Shown: positions 1 through 8,644, counted from the stretch's first letter. The stretch: 14,457 nucleotides of DNA from Candidatus Iainarchaeum sp. (GCA_021158055.1 JAGGVJ010000002.1:1-14457), one strand, 5' to 3'. Numbers and translations are program-made. Notes: generated by a model not told the origin, from the letters alone.

Positions 1-418
1 AATCAGCAGACGCGTTGCCATAATACAGATAAATATCAGTCGAACCGTTTGCGGGAATGCTTGGAACCTTCACCCACACCTTCGTGTTTGCAGTGTTGCA
101 ACCTGATTCAACCCAATAACTCAACTCCTGTGTTCCGGAAGTGTCGGCAAACCTCAAATCACCACAATCACTATTCATCGTATCATCTGCAATCAAAGAC
201 AAAGAATCAAACTCAACCAAAACCTGAAAATCAGTGAGTTCAGAACCGGAAGAATCAGTCACAGTGATTGCTTTCCTGTACTCCCAGTCAGCATCCCACC
301 AGGTCCCCGCTGACAAAACAAGGGGAAACAAAAATATTAAGAAAACAGTGACAAGAAACCAATTAAAGAACTTCAAATTAAAACAGCCAGAAACTGTTTT
401 GAAACCAACTACGCTCAT
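1..418 (-). CDS. Secreted/surface DUF2341 domain-containing protein (partial, runs off the left edge; not in the ORF track)
   Basis: Manual translation from ATG 418 (GGTGTG SD-like motif at 427-432): MSVVGFKTVSGCFNLKFFNWFLVTVFLIFLFPLVLSAGTWWDADWEYRKAITVTDSSGSELTDFQVLVEFDSLSLIADDTMNSDCGDLRFADTSGTQELSYWVESGCNTANTKVWVKVPSIPANGSTDIYLYYGNASAD. A signal peptide is followed by the WxYRxxI, DLRF, LSYWVE, VWVKVPxIP and IYLYYGN motifs typical of DUF2341. Alternative TTG start at 376. Confidence 0.88.
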   Translation of the reverse strand, partial: MSVVGFKTVSGCFNLKFFNWFLVTVFLIFLFPLVLSAGTWWDADWEYRKAITVTDSSGSELTDFQVLVEFDSLSLIADDTMNSDCGDLRFADTSGTQELSYWVESGCNTANTKVWVKVPSIPANGSTDIYLYYGNASAD

Positions 419-431
419 TTTTAAAACACAC

Positions 432-482
432 CTTGCATTTATTTTTAACTTGCATTTATTTTTAACTTGCACTTATTTTTAA
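432..482. repeat. 3 x 17-bp tandem repeat CTTGCA(T/C)TTATTTTTAA
   Basis: Units at 432-448, 449-465 and 466-482, with one mismatch in the third. Lies directly upstream of the DUF2341 gene RBS. Confidence 0.92.
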
Positions 483-756
483 ATACCACTTAAATTTGTG
501 ACAAACTATAGCAACCACATAAAAATAATCATTTAAATTCACAACAATAAAACTATAATAGATAAACAAAATAAAAGGCAGTATTTAATCATTTTTTTTA
601 AAATGCATAAAAACACACTAAACGTTGATTATTCGTTGATTGACTTAATGGGTTTTTGCAAAAACCGAAAAAGTTATTTAATTTCAAATCAAATATCTTC
701 CATACAAAACTTACAAACTAGAACTTACAAATCAAATATCAAAAACCGGTGAAAAC

Positions 757-1803
757 ATGAAAACAGGAATAGTCGGATACGGAACATACATTCCAAAATA
801 CAGGATAAAAACCGAAGAAATCGCAAGCGTGTGGGGAAAAGACGCAGACCGGGTCAAAAAAGGGCTCATGGTAAAAGAAAAATCAGTTCCCGCGCCGGAC
901 GAAGACGCAATCACAATCGGGGTCGAAGCCGCAAGAAACGCGGTTGTTCACTCGGGAATTGACGTTAAAAAAATCGGCGCAATCTACATGGGTTCAGAAA
1001 GCCACCCGTACGCAGTAAAGCCAAGCAGCGCAACAGTCGCGGAAGCAATCGGCACAACACCAAACCTGACCGCAGCCGACTATGAATTTGCGTGCAAGGC
1101 AGGAACCGCGGCAATCCAGACAAGCATGGGGCTTGTCTCGTCAAAAATGGTTGAATACGCAATGGCAATCGGAGCAGACACATCACAAGGACAGCCTGGA
1201 GACGCACTCGAGTTCACGGCTGCAGCGGGAGGGGCGGCATTCATAATCGGGCGCGAAGACCTTGTCGCAGAAATCAACGACACTTTTTCGTTTACCACCG
1301 ACACCCCTGACTTCTGGCGGCGGGAAGGACAGGAATTTCCAAGGCACGGGGCAAGGTTTACAGGAACACCCGCTTACTTCAAGCACATAACCGGCGCCAC
1401 AAGAGGACTGCTTGAAAAAACAGGCGAAAGCATTGAAGAATTTGACCACGTTGTGTTCCACCAGCCAAACGGAAAATTTCCGAACGCCGTAGCAAAAATA
1501 CTCGGGGTGCCAAAAGAAAAACTCACTGCCGGGCTCAAAGTGGTTGACTTTGGAAACACTTATTCCGGGGCAACACCGCTCGGTATTGCAGCAGTGCTTG
1601 ATATCTGCAAAGCAGGAGACAAAATCCTTGCAACATCATTCGGGTCAGGAGCGGGAAGCGATTCTTTTTCAATAACCGCAACAGACAAACTGCTTGAAAA
1701 AAGAAAGACACAAAAAACCACTGTCCAAAAATACATCGACAACAAAAAATACATCAACTACGCAATTTACGCAAAATACAGGAAAAAAATAAAGGCAATT
1801 TAA
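757..1803 (+). CDS. hmgS: Hydroxymethylglutaryl-CoA synthase (archaeal type)
   Basis: Motifs [11 protein letters not shown] (catalytic Glu), EFACKAGT (catalytic Cys), FHQPNGKFP (His), GNTYSG and [16 protein letters not shown] at 748-752. First gene of the HMGS-thiolase-DUF35 operon. Confidence 0.97.
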   Translation: MKTGIVGYGTYIPKYRIKTEEIASVWGKDADRVKKGLMVKEKSVPAPDEDAITIGVEAARNAVVHSGIDVKKIGAIYMGSESHPYAVKPSSATVAEAIGTTPNLTAADYEFACKAGTAAIQTSMGLVSSKMVEYAMAIGADTSQGQPGDALEFTAAAGGAAFIIGREDLVAEINDTFSFTTDTPDFWRREGQEFPRHGARFTGTPAYFKHITGATRGLLEKTGESIEEFDHVVFHQPNGKFPNAVAKILGVPKEKLTAGLKVVDFGNTYSGATPLGIAAVLDICKAGDKILATSFGSGAGSDSFSITATDKLLEKRKTQKTTVQKYIDNKKYINYAIYAKYRKKIKAI

Positions 1804-1862
1804 CAAAACAAATCAATAAAATGAAACACGGTTAACAAAATAACAAAACAAAAGGCGATTAA

Positions 1863-3026
1863 ATGAAAGAAGTTTACATCATCGGAACAGGAATAACTAA
1901 ATTCGGCGAACTCTGGGACAAAAGCTTTCGCGACCTCGCAGTAGATGCCGGAATACAAGCAATAGCTGACTCAAAAGTTGACGTCAGTGAAATAGACGGG
2001 GTCTTCGGAGGCACCATGAGCTCGGGAAGATTCATAGGACAGGAGCATGCGGCAGCACTAATCGCAGACTACGCGGGAATAACCCCGAAACCGGCAATAA
2101 GATGCGAAGCAGCATGCGCTTCAGGAGGCGTTGCTTTCCGCGCAGGGTACTTTGCTGTCGCGTCAGGCGCAATGGACACAGCAGTAGTCGGAGGCGTTGA
2201 AAAAATGACAGACGTCTTCACAGAACAGGCAGCAGTAACTCTTGGGGGCGCGGGAGACCAGGAATGGGAAGTGTTCAACGGAGCAACTTTCCCTGCACTG
2301 TATGCGCTGATTGCAAGACGGCACATGAAAGAATTCGGCACAACCGAAGAACAGCTTGCTCAAGTCGCAGTCAAAAACCACCTGAACGGCTCAATGAACC
2401 CAATCGCGCAATACCAAATGCCGATAACAATTGAAACCGTAATGAACTCAAGCCCTGTCGCCGACCCGCTAAAACTCTTTGACTGCTCGCCGATAACAGA
2501 CGGCGCAGCAGCAGTGGTGATTGCTTCAAAAGAAGTTGCAAAAGAACACTGTGAAAAACCAATCAAAGTACTGGCATCAGCACAAGCATCAGACACCCTT
2601 GCACTGCACGACAGGAGAAAAATAACAACTCTAGACGCAACACGCTTTGCCGCAAAAGACGCGTTTAAACAGGCAGACACAACCCCCAGCAAAATAGACA
2701 TTGCAGAAGTACACGACTGCTTTACAATAGCTGAAATCTGCGCAATCGAAGACCTTGGCTTTTTTGAAAAAGGAAAAGGAGGAAAAGCAACCGAAGACGG
2801 ACTGACCGCGCTTGAAGGACAATTGGCGGTAAATACTTCCGGAGGGCTGAAAGCATGCGGCCACCCGGTCGGAGCAACAGGAATAAAACAAATAGTTGAA
2901 GCAGTCAAACAACTCAACCAGGAAGCAGGAAAACGCAACAGAAAAAATGTTGATCTGGCATTAACCCACAACGTCGGAGGGACCGGCGCAACAGCAGTGG
3001 TTCATATCCTCGGGAGGGGATACTAA
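1863..3026 (+). CDS. Acetoacetyl-CoA thiolase (acetyl-CoA C-acetyltransferase), archaeal mevalonate-pathway type
   Basis: Motifs EAACASG (catalytic Cys), [28 protein letters not shown] and HNVGG. Lies between HMGS and DUF35. Confidence 0.96.
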   Translation: MKEVYIIGTGITKFGELWDKSFRDLAVDAGIQAIADSKVDVSEIDGVFGGTMSSGRFIGQEHAAALIADYAGITPKPAIRCEAACASGGVAFRAGYFAVASGAMDTAVVGGVEKMTDVFTEQAAVTLGGAGDQEWEVFNGATFPALYALIARRHMKEFGTTEEQLAQVAVKNHLNGSMNPIAQYQMPITIETVMNSSPVADPLKLFDCSPITDGAAAVVIASKEVAKEHCEKPIKVLASAQASDTLALHDRRKITTLDATRFAAKDAFKQADTTPSKIDIAEVHDCFTIAEICAIEDLGFFEKGKGGKATEDGLTALEGQLAVNTSGGLKACGHPVGATGIKQIVEAVKQLNQEAGKRNRKNVDLALTHNVGGTGATAVVHILGRGY

Positions 3027-3430
3027 TGGCAAGCAATTCAATTTCATTGATGTGGAGAGGAATACAACAGCGCTACAATTTAATCGGAACAAAATGCAAA
3101 ACCTGCGGCCAGGCATTTTTCCCGCCAAGAAAAAACTGCCCAAAATGCAGGAGAAAAGGACAAATAGAAGAACTGAAATTCTCAGGAAACGGAAAAGTGT
3201 TCAGCCACTCGGTTGTCCACGCACCGCCGGAAGGATTTGAAAACCAGGTTCCGTACATCATCTCGCTTGTGGAACTTGAAGAAGGCCCTCTTGTAACTGC
3301 ACAAATCGTTGACTGCGAGCCAAGTGAAATACAAATAGGAACCAAAGTCAAAAAAGTATTTCGAAGGGTAAGTGAAGGCGGAAAAAGCGGAATAATCAAC
3401 TACGGGTACAAATTCGTGCTTGACAGGTAG
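3026..3430 (+). CDS. DUF35 Zn-ribbon/OB-fold protein (scaffold subunit of the thiolase/HMGS complex)
   Basis: CKTC...PPRKNCPKC zinc ribbon followed by an OB fold (PYIISLVELEEG), C-terminal YGYKF. TAATG overlap with the thiolase stop codon. Confidence 0.95.
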   Translation: MASNSISLMWRGIQQRYNLIGTKCKTCGQAFFPPRKNCPKCRRKGQIEELKFSGNGKVFSHSVVHAPPEGFENQVPYIISLVELEEGPLVTAQIVDCEPSEIQIGTKVKKVFRRVSEGGKSGIINYGYKFVLDR

Positions 3431-3483
3431 ATTATTTGAAATGATTAAAAATAAGTGCGGGGGGCGCAAAACAAAAACTTAAA

Positions 3484-3500
3484 GGAAAAAAAGTTTTTCC
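3484..3500. terminator. Possible hairpin/T-tract terminator between the convergent DUF35 and taw1 genes
   Basis: GGAAAAA-AAG-TTTTTCC inverted repeat adjacent to the taw1 stop, with T-runs on both strands. Confidence 0.3.
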
Positions 3501-4457
3501 CTAAAACTTTATTTTCATGCCCTTGCTATTGTTTGAAAACAGCACAACCCTGCTTGCGGGAACCTCTGCAACTATTTCCATCCCGCAGTGTTCTGCAACC
3601 TGTTTTGAAAACTCCTGCACTTCAGCGTGCGAAGGCATGTTTTCAATTGAAAGCCTGTGCCTTGAATACCCCACAAACATGTAAGCTTTTATTTCCACAA
3701 AATCGGTCTGGCTTTTCTTTATCAGTTCAGCGTATCCTTTCGGGTCAACCATGTTGATGTTTTTCACGGCGGTTATCCTCAAAACCCGCCTGGTGTCAAG
3801 TGAAGGAAAAAGTTCAAGGGAATCGTTTATCCTTTCCCATGAGTTTTCAATCAATGGAGCATTGATTTTTTTGTGAAGCTCCTTGCTTGGGGCGTCAAGA
3901 GAAAGGTAAAGCTGGGTCGGAAGCGAATCCAGATTCTTCAGTACTTTCGGGTTGTTTGCGTTTGACACAAGAAAAGTAGTCATGTTCCTTTTGTGAAAAG
4001 CACTTATCAGGTCGCTCAGGTAAGGGTACATTGTGGGCTCGCCCGAAAGGCTTATTGCTGCGTGACGCGGGTCTTGCGCTTCCTTTAAAAGTTCCTGGTT
4101 GAACAACTCGGGGGCTCCGAAATAACCGCTTAAAAGAAGCCTTTGTCCCTTGATGCAGTCGTCAATTATTTCATCTGGCTCATCCCAGCATGAATCCTTT
4201 GGGACATCATCTGCAATCTCCCACGGCCTCCAGCAAAAAATACACTGCTGGGTGCAAAAGTTCACTGCCGGCGTCATCTGCAGGCACCTGTGGCAGTTTA
4301 TCCCGTAAAACTTTTCCTTGTAGCAGACCCGCCCTGTCTTTATTTTTTCATGAGTCCAGTGACAGATTTTCACTGCCGAGTGGCCGCCGACCAGGTAATA
4401 GTGCTGCCGCTTGAGAACGCGAACCGCAGTGTCTGACAATAAAGGTTTTTTATTCAT
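3501..4457 (-). CDS. taw1: 4-demethylwyosine synthase Taw1/TYW1 (radical SAM, tRNA-Phe wyosine pathway)
   Basis: Motifs HSAVKICHW, CYKEKFYGI (Schiff-base Lys), HRCLQMTP, CTQQCIFCWR (CxxxCxxC), AISLSGEPT, TQLYLSLDA and EIKAYMFVGYSR. Confidence 0.96.
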   Translation of the reverse strand: MNKKPLLSDTAVRVLKRQHYYLVGGHSAVKICHWTHEKIKTGRVCYKEKFYGINCHRCLQMTPAVNFCTQQCIFCWRPWEIADDVPKDSCWDEPDEIIDDCIKGQRLLLSGYFGAPELFNQELLKEAQDPRHAAISLSGEPTMYPYLSDLISAFHKRNMTTFLVSNANNPKVLKNLDSLPTQLYLSLDAPSKELHKKINAPLIENSWERINDSLELFPSLDTRRVLRITAVKNINMVDPKGYAELIKKSQTDFVEIKAYMFVGYSRHRLSIENMPSHAEVQEFSKQVAEHCGMEIVAEVPASRVVLFSNNSKGMKIKF

Positions 4458-4565
4458 TTAAACACCAGAAACTAAACTCAAACCAAGATTTTCTGAAAAC
4501 AATATTCTAATGAATATATCACTAATTGTCACTAACAACAGTCTTCAGAGAATAAAAATTTTGTT

Positions 4566-5486
4566 TTATTTTTTTGTGTAAATCTTCAATGCTTCGGCAA
4601 CGGTTTTGTCTTCAAGAGTGATTGCCGAAATTGCATTGCACATCTTGACTGCTTCCTTCAGGCCTTTCTGGTGAATGTTTCTCCCGGTGGCGTTCCCACC
4701 TGCACCGGCGACATGGACCTGGTCGTGAACTGTCTTCAAAAAGGCTTTTGCGCCAACTGACTTTCCACCTGCGCAAATCACTTTTGTCCTGCCTGCCGAA
4801 AGCACCGCCTCTTTTAGATACTCCGGTGACGAGCTTCCTTTTTTCTGGGGGTAACTCACTTTCACAAAATCAGCACCCAGACACGCGGCAACCCCGGTTG
4901 CACCTGCAATCAAGTGCGGGTCTTTTTCGTCTTTAACTGCTCTTCCCCTCGGGTAAATCCAAATCACTGCAATCAAGCCGTTTTCATGGGCTTCGCGGAC
5001 AACCCTTGAGGCCTGTTCAAGCATCATTTCCTCAAATTCGCTTCCAAGGTATATCGTGTAACCGACCCCAAGAATGTTGAGGTCTGAACCTGACTTGAGT
5101 TCCGCCACGTCCCGCACTTCAACAAGCAGATTGCTAAAGGGCTCTGCCTGCTTTGTTTTCACAAGATTTGTTTTTGAATTGAGTTTCACAAGAAACGGCA
5201 CGTTACCGTAATCAGGCCCGTACCTTGAAATCAAGCCGAACTGCGCTGCAAAAACCCCTATGTTTGACCTGGCAGCTATCTGAAACAAATGCTCTGGATC
5301 CGCATCGGCTTTGGAAATGCCATTGCCGAAAAAGTCATCGTTTAAATGCTCTATCTTCTGGTCCCCTGCGAAAAGCATGAGCCTGCCGGTTCCCTTAGTT
5401 ATTTTCATGTAATTTTTAACATACTGATCTTTTTTAGCTTTTGGGACATCTAAAGGCACAAGCACGTCTTTTTTTGTTATTTTCAA
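4566..5486 (-). CDS. Class I fructose-bisphosphate aldolase (DhnA/FbaB-like family)
   Basis: Motifs LFAGDQKIEH, LVKLNSKT, GYTIYLGSE, WIYPRG, GADFVKV (Schiff-base Lys), CAGG and ATGRNIHQ. Start moved to TTG 5486, which follows a GAGGGGTG SD (ORF track start is 5531). Confidence 0.88.
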   Translation of the reverse strand: MKITKKDVLVPLDVPKAKKDQYVKNYMKITKGTGRLMLFAGDQKIEHLNDDFFGNGISKADADPEHLFQIAARSNIGVFAAQFGLISRYGPDYGNVPFLVKLNSKTNLVKTKQAEPFSNLLVEVRDVAELKSGSDLNILGVGYTIYLGSEFEEMMLEQASRVVREAHENGLIAVIWIYPRGRAVKDEKDPHLIAGATGVAACLGADFVKVSYPQKKGSSSPEYLKEAVLSAGRTKVICAGGKSVGAKAFLKTVHDQVHVAGAGGNATGRNIHQKGLKEAVKMCNAISAITLEDKTVAEALKIYTKK

Positions 5487-5541
5487 AACAACACCCCTCA
5501 AATTAACAATAAATAATGTAAAAACAACCAAGTATAAATAC

Positions 5542-5568
5542 GTGAACTACCCCACCTTAACGGTTGAC
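5542..5568 (-). mobile_element. Putative IS200/IS605-family end remnant (GTCAACCGTTAAGGTGGGGTAGTTCAC)
   Basis: The minus strand ends in GGTGGGGTAGTTCAC with a partial ACC-GTTAA-GGT stem-loop. This resembles the hairpin + GTAGTTCAC right ends of TnpB-carrying IS200/IS605 elements. No tnpA or tnpB in the window. Confidence 0.5.
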
Positions 5569-5631
5569 CTATATGCTTTCATTTATCTTACACCCCAACA
5601 CAAAATTATTTAAATTAGTGCATAGTTATGA

Positions 5632-5769
5632 ATAATAGTAACAATTATCAACAGGATAATAGTAACAATTATCAACAGGATAATAGTAACAATTATCAAC
5701 AGGATAATAGTAACAATTATACAACAGAAATATTAATTATTATACAACAGAATAGTAATGATACAACAG
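5632..5769. repeat. 24-bp tandem repeat ATAATAGTAACAATTATCAACAGG (3 perfect copies, 1 near-perfect, 2 decayed)
   Basis: Perfect units at 5632-5655, 5656-5679 and 5680-5703. The fourth unit has a 1-nt insertion. Decayed ...ATACAACAG units continue to 5769, ending just before the PRC-barrel gene SD. Confidence 0.95.
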
Positions 5770-5781
5770 ATGGTGATAATT

Positions 5782-6039
5782 ATGGTCAAATACACAATAG
5801 CAAGGCAGTTGGCAAGCAAAAGAATCGTTACAAGCAGGGGTGACGAAATCGGGCGCTTAAGCGACATGGTTGTAAACGAAAACACAGGCGACATAGAATC
5901 AATGCTGATTGAGCCAAACAGCGACTCAAAAATAGCAAGAAAAGCAGAGCACGAAAACGGTCTTGTAAAAGTGCCTTACTCCGCAGTCATCGCGGTAAGC
6001 GATGTTGTAATCGTTGACGAAAGAGAAATAACCGAATAA
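5782..6039 (+). CDS. PRC-barrel domain protein (CdpB-like)
   Basis: 85 aa: ARQLASKRIVTSRGDEIGRLSDMVVNENTGDIESMLIEP...VKVPYSAVIAVSDVVIVD, which fits the stand-alone archaeal PRC-barrel pattern. GGTGA SD at 5772-5776 supports ATG 5782. Confidence 0.9.
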   Translation: MVKYTIARQLASKRIVTSRGDEIGRLSDMVVNENTGDIESMLIEPNSDSKIARKAEHENGLVKVPYSAVIAVSDVVIVDEREITE

Positions 6040-6049
6040 AGGTGAAGAA

Positions 6050-6199
6050 ATGAAAGACGAATACTTTGCAGCAATAATCCTTGCGGGAGTCATTTCAGGT
6101 CTTGGAGCCGCAGCATTTCCGACAATCAACACTTTCCTGCAGATATTTCTGCTGACGGTGATTGCACTCGTTGGAATATGGTACACTATGGAAAAATAA
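6050..6199 (+). CDS. 49-aa two-TM membrane microprotein (not in the ORF track)
   Basis: AGGTGA SD at 6040-6045, ATG 6050, TAA 6197-6199. Sequence MKDEYFAAIILAGVISGLGAAAFPTINTFLQIFLLTVIALVGIWYTMEK has two hydrophobic helices. Starts 10 nt after the PRC-barrel stop. Confidence 0.8.
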   Translation: MKDEYFAAIILAGVISGLGAAAFPTINTFLQIFLLTVIALVGIWYTMEK

Positions 6200-7385
6200 T
6201 CTTTATTTTTCCTGTTTTTACATTTAGCCCCCCAAAAAATTTCGCTTCAGGCATGCCTTTTTCCTTTGCATCATTTAGAATTTCTGAAATTTTCTTATAG
6301 GAAAAACCTTTTTTTCTCGCTTTCTTTACTGAAGAGAGCAGGGAATCCACCTCTTTATAATGCAGGTAAATCAAATCCCCAATCTGCTTGAAGTCAACTA
6401 TTTGCTTCTCAAACTTCTTAACTGCTACTTCCTGCTGGGCAACTTTGCGTTTCACCTTAGAGACGGCGTCGTTTTGGACCGTGCGCTTCTGCAAAAGAAA
6501 CCTTTGAGCAACCAGCGGAGTAAACACACTGTCAACCGCGTCATTGAGCGAATCAAACCCTTCACTTTTTTCTGACGGCCTGGTTTCTTTCAATTCAAAA
6601 GAAACAACCCTTTGCTTTCCATAAACACGCGGATTGGTCTCCTGCGAACCCGAAACCATGCTTAAAATTGCTGAACAAAGCAAATCCAGCTCTTTTTCAG
6701 TTGCCTTTGAAGCAGGGCTTTCCTTATCAAGACCTGCCAACGCACACGCTTCTTCAAGATAAACAGAGCCCAGATTTACGCTTGTAACAAGAGTCCTGAT
6801 AACATCAGAAGTGCTTTTTCCAAAAGCCAGTGCAAGCTTCTCCTTTGTCAATTCTGTGGGGTTCAGCTTGGATGTCACCGGAAACACATAATCCTGCTTT
6901 GGCCTGAGGGTTCGTTTCGACCAGTCCTCAAACTTAAACGGGCGGATTATCTTTTTTTCCGAATCGCAAAGAACCATGTTTCCCGAGGCAAAAAGCTCAA
7001 CCATCAAAAACAGGTGATTTCTGGTATTCAGCTCAATGACAATAACACGGTCAAATTCGTGCTGGAAAACATCTTTTATCTTAAGCCCTGAAACATGTTT
7101 CCTGAGAAACATCGCAAACCCGGACGGCTTTTGCGGCGCGGGAATCTTAAAAGAAGTAAGCGCAAGCCACCCTGAAAGGTCAACCAAAAGATCTTTTGAA
7201 CCTGTTCCCGGCAGACGAAGCCGGAACTTAAAAAGCGACTCGCCAAGCTGCTGGACGTTTTCAACGTACGCGCCTTTAAGGCACACGAGCTCTTTTGCAA
7301 GAAACGAAAAATCCAGGTTTGTCAAGGGCAAAGGGCCCTGACTGCTCTTTTTCTTTACCTGTGGCTTTGATTTTAAAGCAGGCAT
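6186..7385 (-). CDS. rqcH: RqcH/Rqc2 (NFACT/FbpA family) ribosome quality-control protein, N-terminal portion only
   Basis: NFACT-N motifs PSGFAMFLRKH, QHEFDRVI, LMVELFASGNMVL and RTLRPKQDYVFP. An HhH region (LGSVYLEEAC), SLNDAVD and a coiled coil (KQIGDLIY) follow. No NFACT-R domain before the stop. ATG 7385 is preferred over GTG 7397. Confidence 0.87.
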   Translation of the reverse strand: MPALKSKPQVKKKSSQGPLPLTNLDFSFLAKELVCLKGAYVENVQQLGESLFKFRLRLPGTGSKDLLVDLSGWLALTSFKIPAPQKPSGFAMFLRKHVSGLKIKDVFQHEFDRVIVIELNTRNHLFLMVELFASGNMVLCDSEKKIIRPFKFEDWSKRTLRPKQDYVFPVTSKLNPTELTKEKLALAFGKSTSDVIRTLVTSVNLGSVYLEEACALAGLDKESPASKATEKELDLLCSAILSMVSGSQETNPRVYGKQRVVSFELKETRPSEKSEGFDSLNDAVDSVFTPLVAQRFLLQKRTVQNDAVSKVKRKVAQQEVAVKKFEKQIVDFKQIGDLIYLHYKEVDSLLSSVKKARKKGFSYKKISEILNDAKEKGMPEAKFFGGLNVKTGKIKIIFP

Positions 7386-7453
7386 TTCCTCAACCACCCG
7401 AACATTAACTTGTTCACACGTAAAACAATAAAAAAATAAAACAAAGCGAAAAA

Positions 7454-8644
7454 CTAAAGGAAAGCCTTCATTGACTTAAACAAACCCGGCCGCTCAACAA
7501 ACAGTTTCGCAAACGTAAACCAGTTGTTCCCGAAAGCAAAGTCAAGCAGGTCCTCCCCCATCCCCAATTTTTCCGCAATGAAATCCATGTCGTCATTTGA
7601 AAGGACTTCAAAAAACTGCCTCACTTTCCACACTTTCTTGAGCTGGTTTCCCCTCTGGTTCAGCCAAATCCTGTTGTATTTTGACAAAAAATCAGCTGAC
7701 AAGTCACCTTTTTCAATTGCCTCAACAGCAGTTTGCGCGGCAATAATCCCTGCTTCCTGAGCAAGGGCAATCCCCCCGCCATCCATGGGGTTTACCTGGT
7801 GAGCGGCGTCACCAACAACCATGAAACCGTCAAGAACCATATTATCCATTATTCCGCCGACAGGTATTCCACCCGCATTTATTTCAATCGGGGACGCGTC
7901 CTTAAATCTGGGGTCTTTTGCAATCCACTTGTCAAGGTAATACTTTGCGGTCTTTTCTGAATTGCCGCCTATCCCTATCCCGACGTTTGCGACATCTTCT
8001 CCCTTTGGAAAAATCCAGATGTACCCGCGCGGAGCAATATCTGTTCCGAAATACATTTCAAGAGCGTGCTTGTCTCCAAGTCTAATGTTTGCCATTTCAT
8101 ACTGGAAACCGGAATCCATGTCAACAAGCTTGTTTGTGGTGTCAAGGCCGGCGCTTCTTGCCATCCTCGAATCCACGCCGTCACACGCAATCACTACTTT
8201 GGCGCGGATTTCATACTCATCACCCATTTCATTCACTTTCGCGCCAACCACTTGAGAACCCTCTTTTATAACTGAAAGCGATTCGGTTTTCAGCTTTATC
8301 TTAGCGCCTTTTCTAATGGCTTCGCTTGCAAGGTATTTTTCAAACATTTTTCGCTCAAGAACATAACCATACTGGTTTTTTCCGATTTTTATCTCTTTTC
8401 CGTTTGGAGAAAACACTCTTGCGTTGTTTATCTCCCAGACAGCCCATTTCGGGTCAGGTTCCATCCCGAGCCTTTTGAACCAGCCGCCGCCAAGACCCTC
8501 TGCACAGCGCTTTGGAACGCCGATTTCCTGTTTTTTGTCAACTATGGTCACTTTTGCCCCGAGCTTTCCCGCTTCGATTGCAACGCGAAGCCCTCCCGGA
8601 CCTGCTCCGATTACAAGAATGTCAGTGTCTTTTAAATCAGTCAT
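7454..8644 (-). CDS. ggr: Digeranylgeranylglycerophospholipid reductase (geranylgeranyl reductase)
   Basis: Motifs VIGAGPGG (FAD binding), PKRCAEG, ACDG, PRGYIWIFP (PxxYxWxFP), VGDAA and NPMDGGGI. ATG 8644 overlaps the ferredoxin stop (ATGA). Confidence 0.94.
   Translation of the reverse strand: MTDLKDTDILVIGAGPGGLRVAIEAGKLGAKVTIVDKKQEIGVPKRCAEGLGGGWFKRLGMEPDPKWAVWEINNARVFSPNGKEIKIGKNQYGYVLERKMFEKYLASEAIRKGAKIKLKTESLSVIKEGSQVVGAKVNEMGDEYEIRAKVVIACDGVDSRMARSAGLDTTNKLVDMDSGFQYEMANIRLGDKHALEMYFGTDIAPRGYIWIFPKGEDVANVGIGIGGNSEKTAKYYLDKWIAKDPRFKDASPIEINAGGIPVGGIMDNMVLDGFMVVGDAAHQVNPMDGGGIALAQEAGIIAAQTAVEAIEKGDLSADFLSKYNRIWLNQRGNQLKKVWKVRQFFEVLSNDDMDFIAEKLGMGEDLLDFAFGNNWFTFAKLFVERPGLFKSMKAFL

Noticed and set aside
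49-482. Plus-strand ORFs 49..237 and 234..482
   Set aside because: They are antisense shadows of the minus-strand DUF2341 gene.
2360-2971. 203-aa antisense ORF and the other short overlapping ORFs in the track
   Set aside because: They lie inside well-supported genes, on the opposite strand or in another frame, and show no recognisable motifs.
757-3430. HMGS/thiolase/DUF35 as a polyketide (PhlABC-like) or novel cluster
   Set aside because: The catalytic residues and gene order match the well-known archaeal mevalonate-pathway complex.
5632-5769. CRISPR array
   Set aside because: The units are contiguous with no unique spacers and there are no cas genes, so this is a tandem repeat.
5628-5843. 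71-aa ORF with NSNNYQQD repeats
   Set aside because: It arises from the 24-bp repeat, has no clear SD, and overlaps the PRC-barrel gene out of frame. A uORF cannot be fully excluded.
5926-6186. 86-aa minus-strand ORF as a continuation of rqcH
   Set aside because: It has no NFACT-R or coiled-coil features and lies antisense to two SD-supported plus-strand genes.
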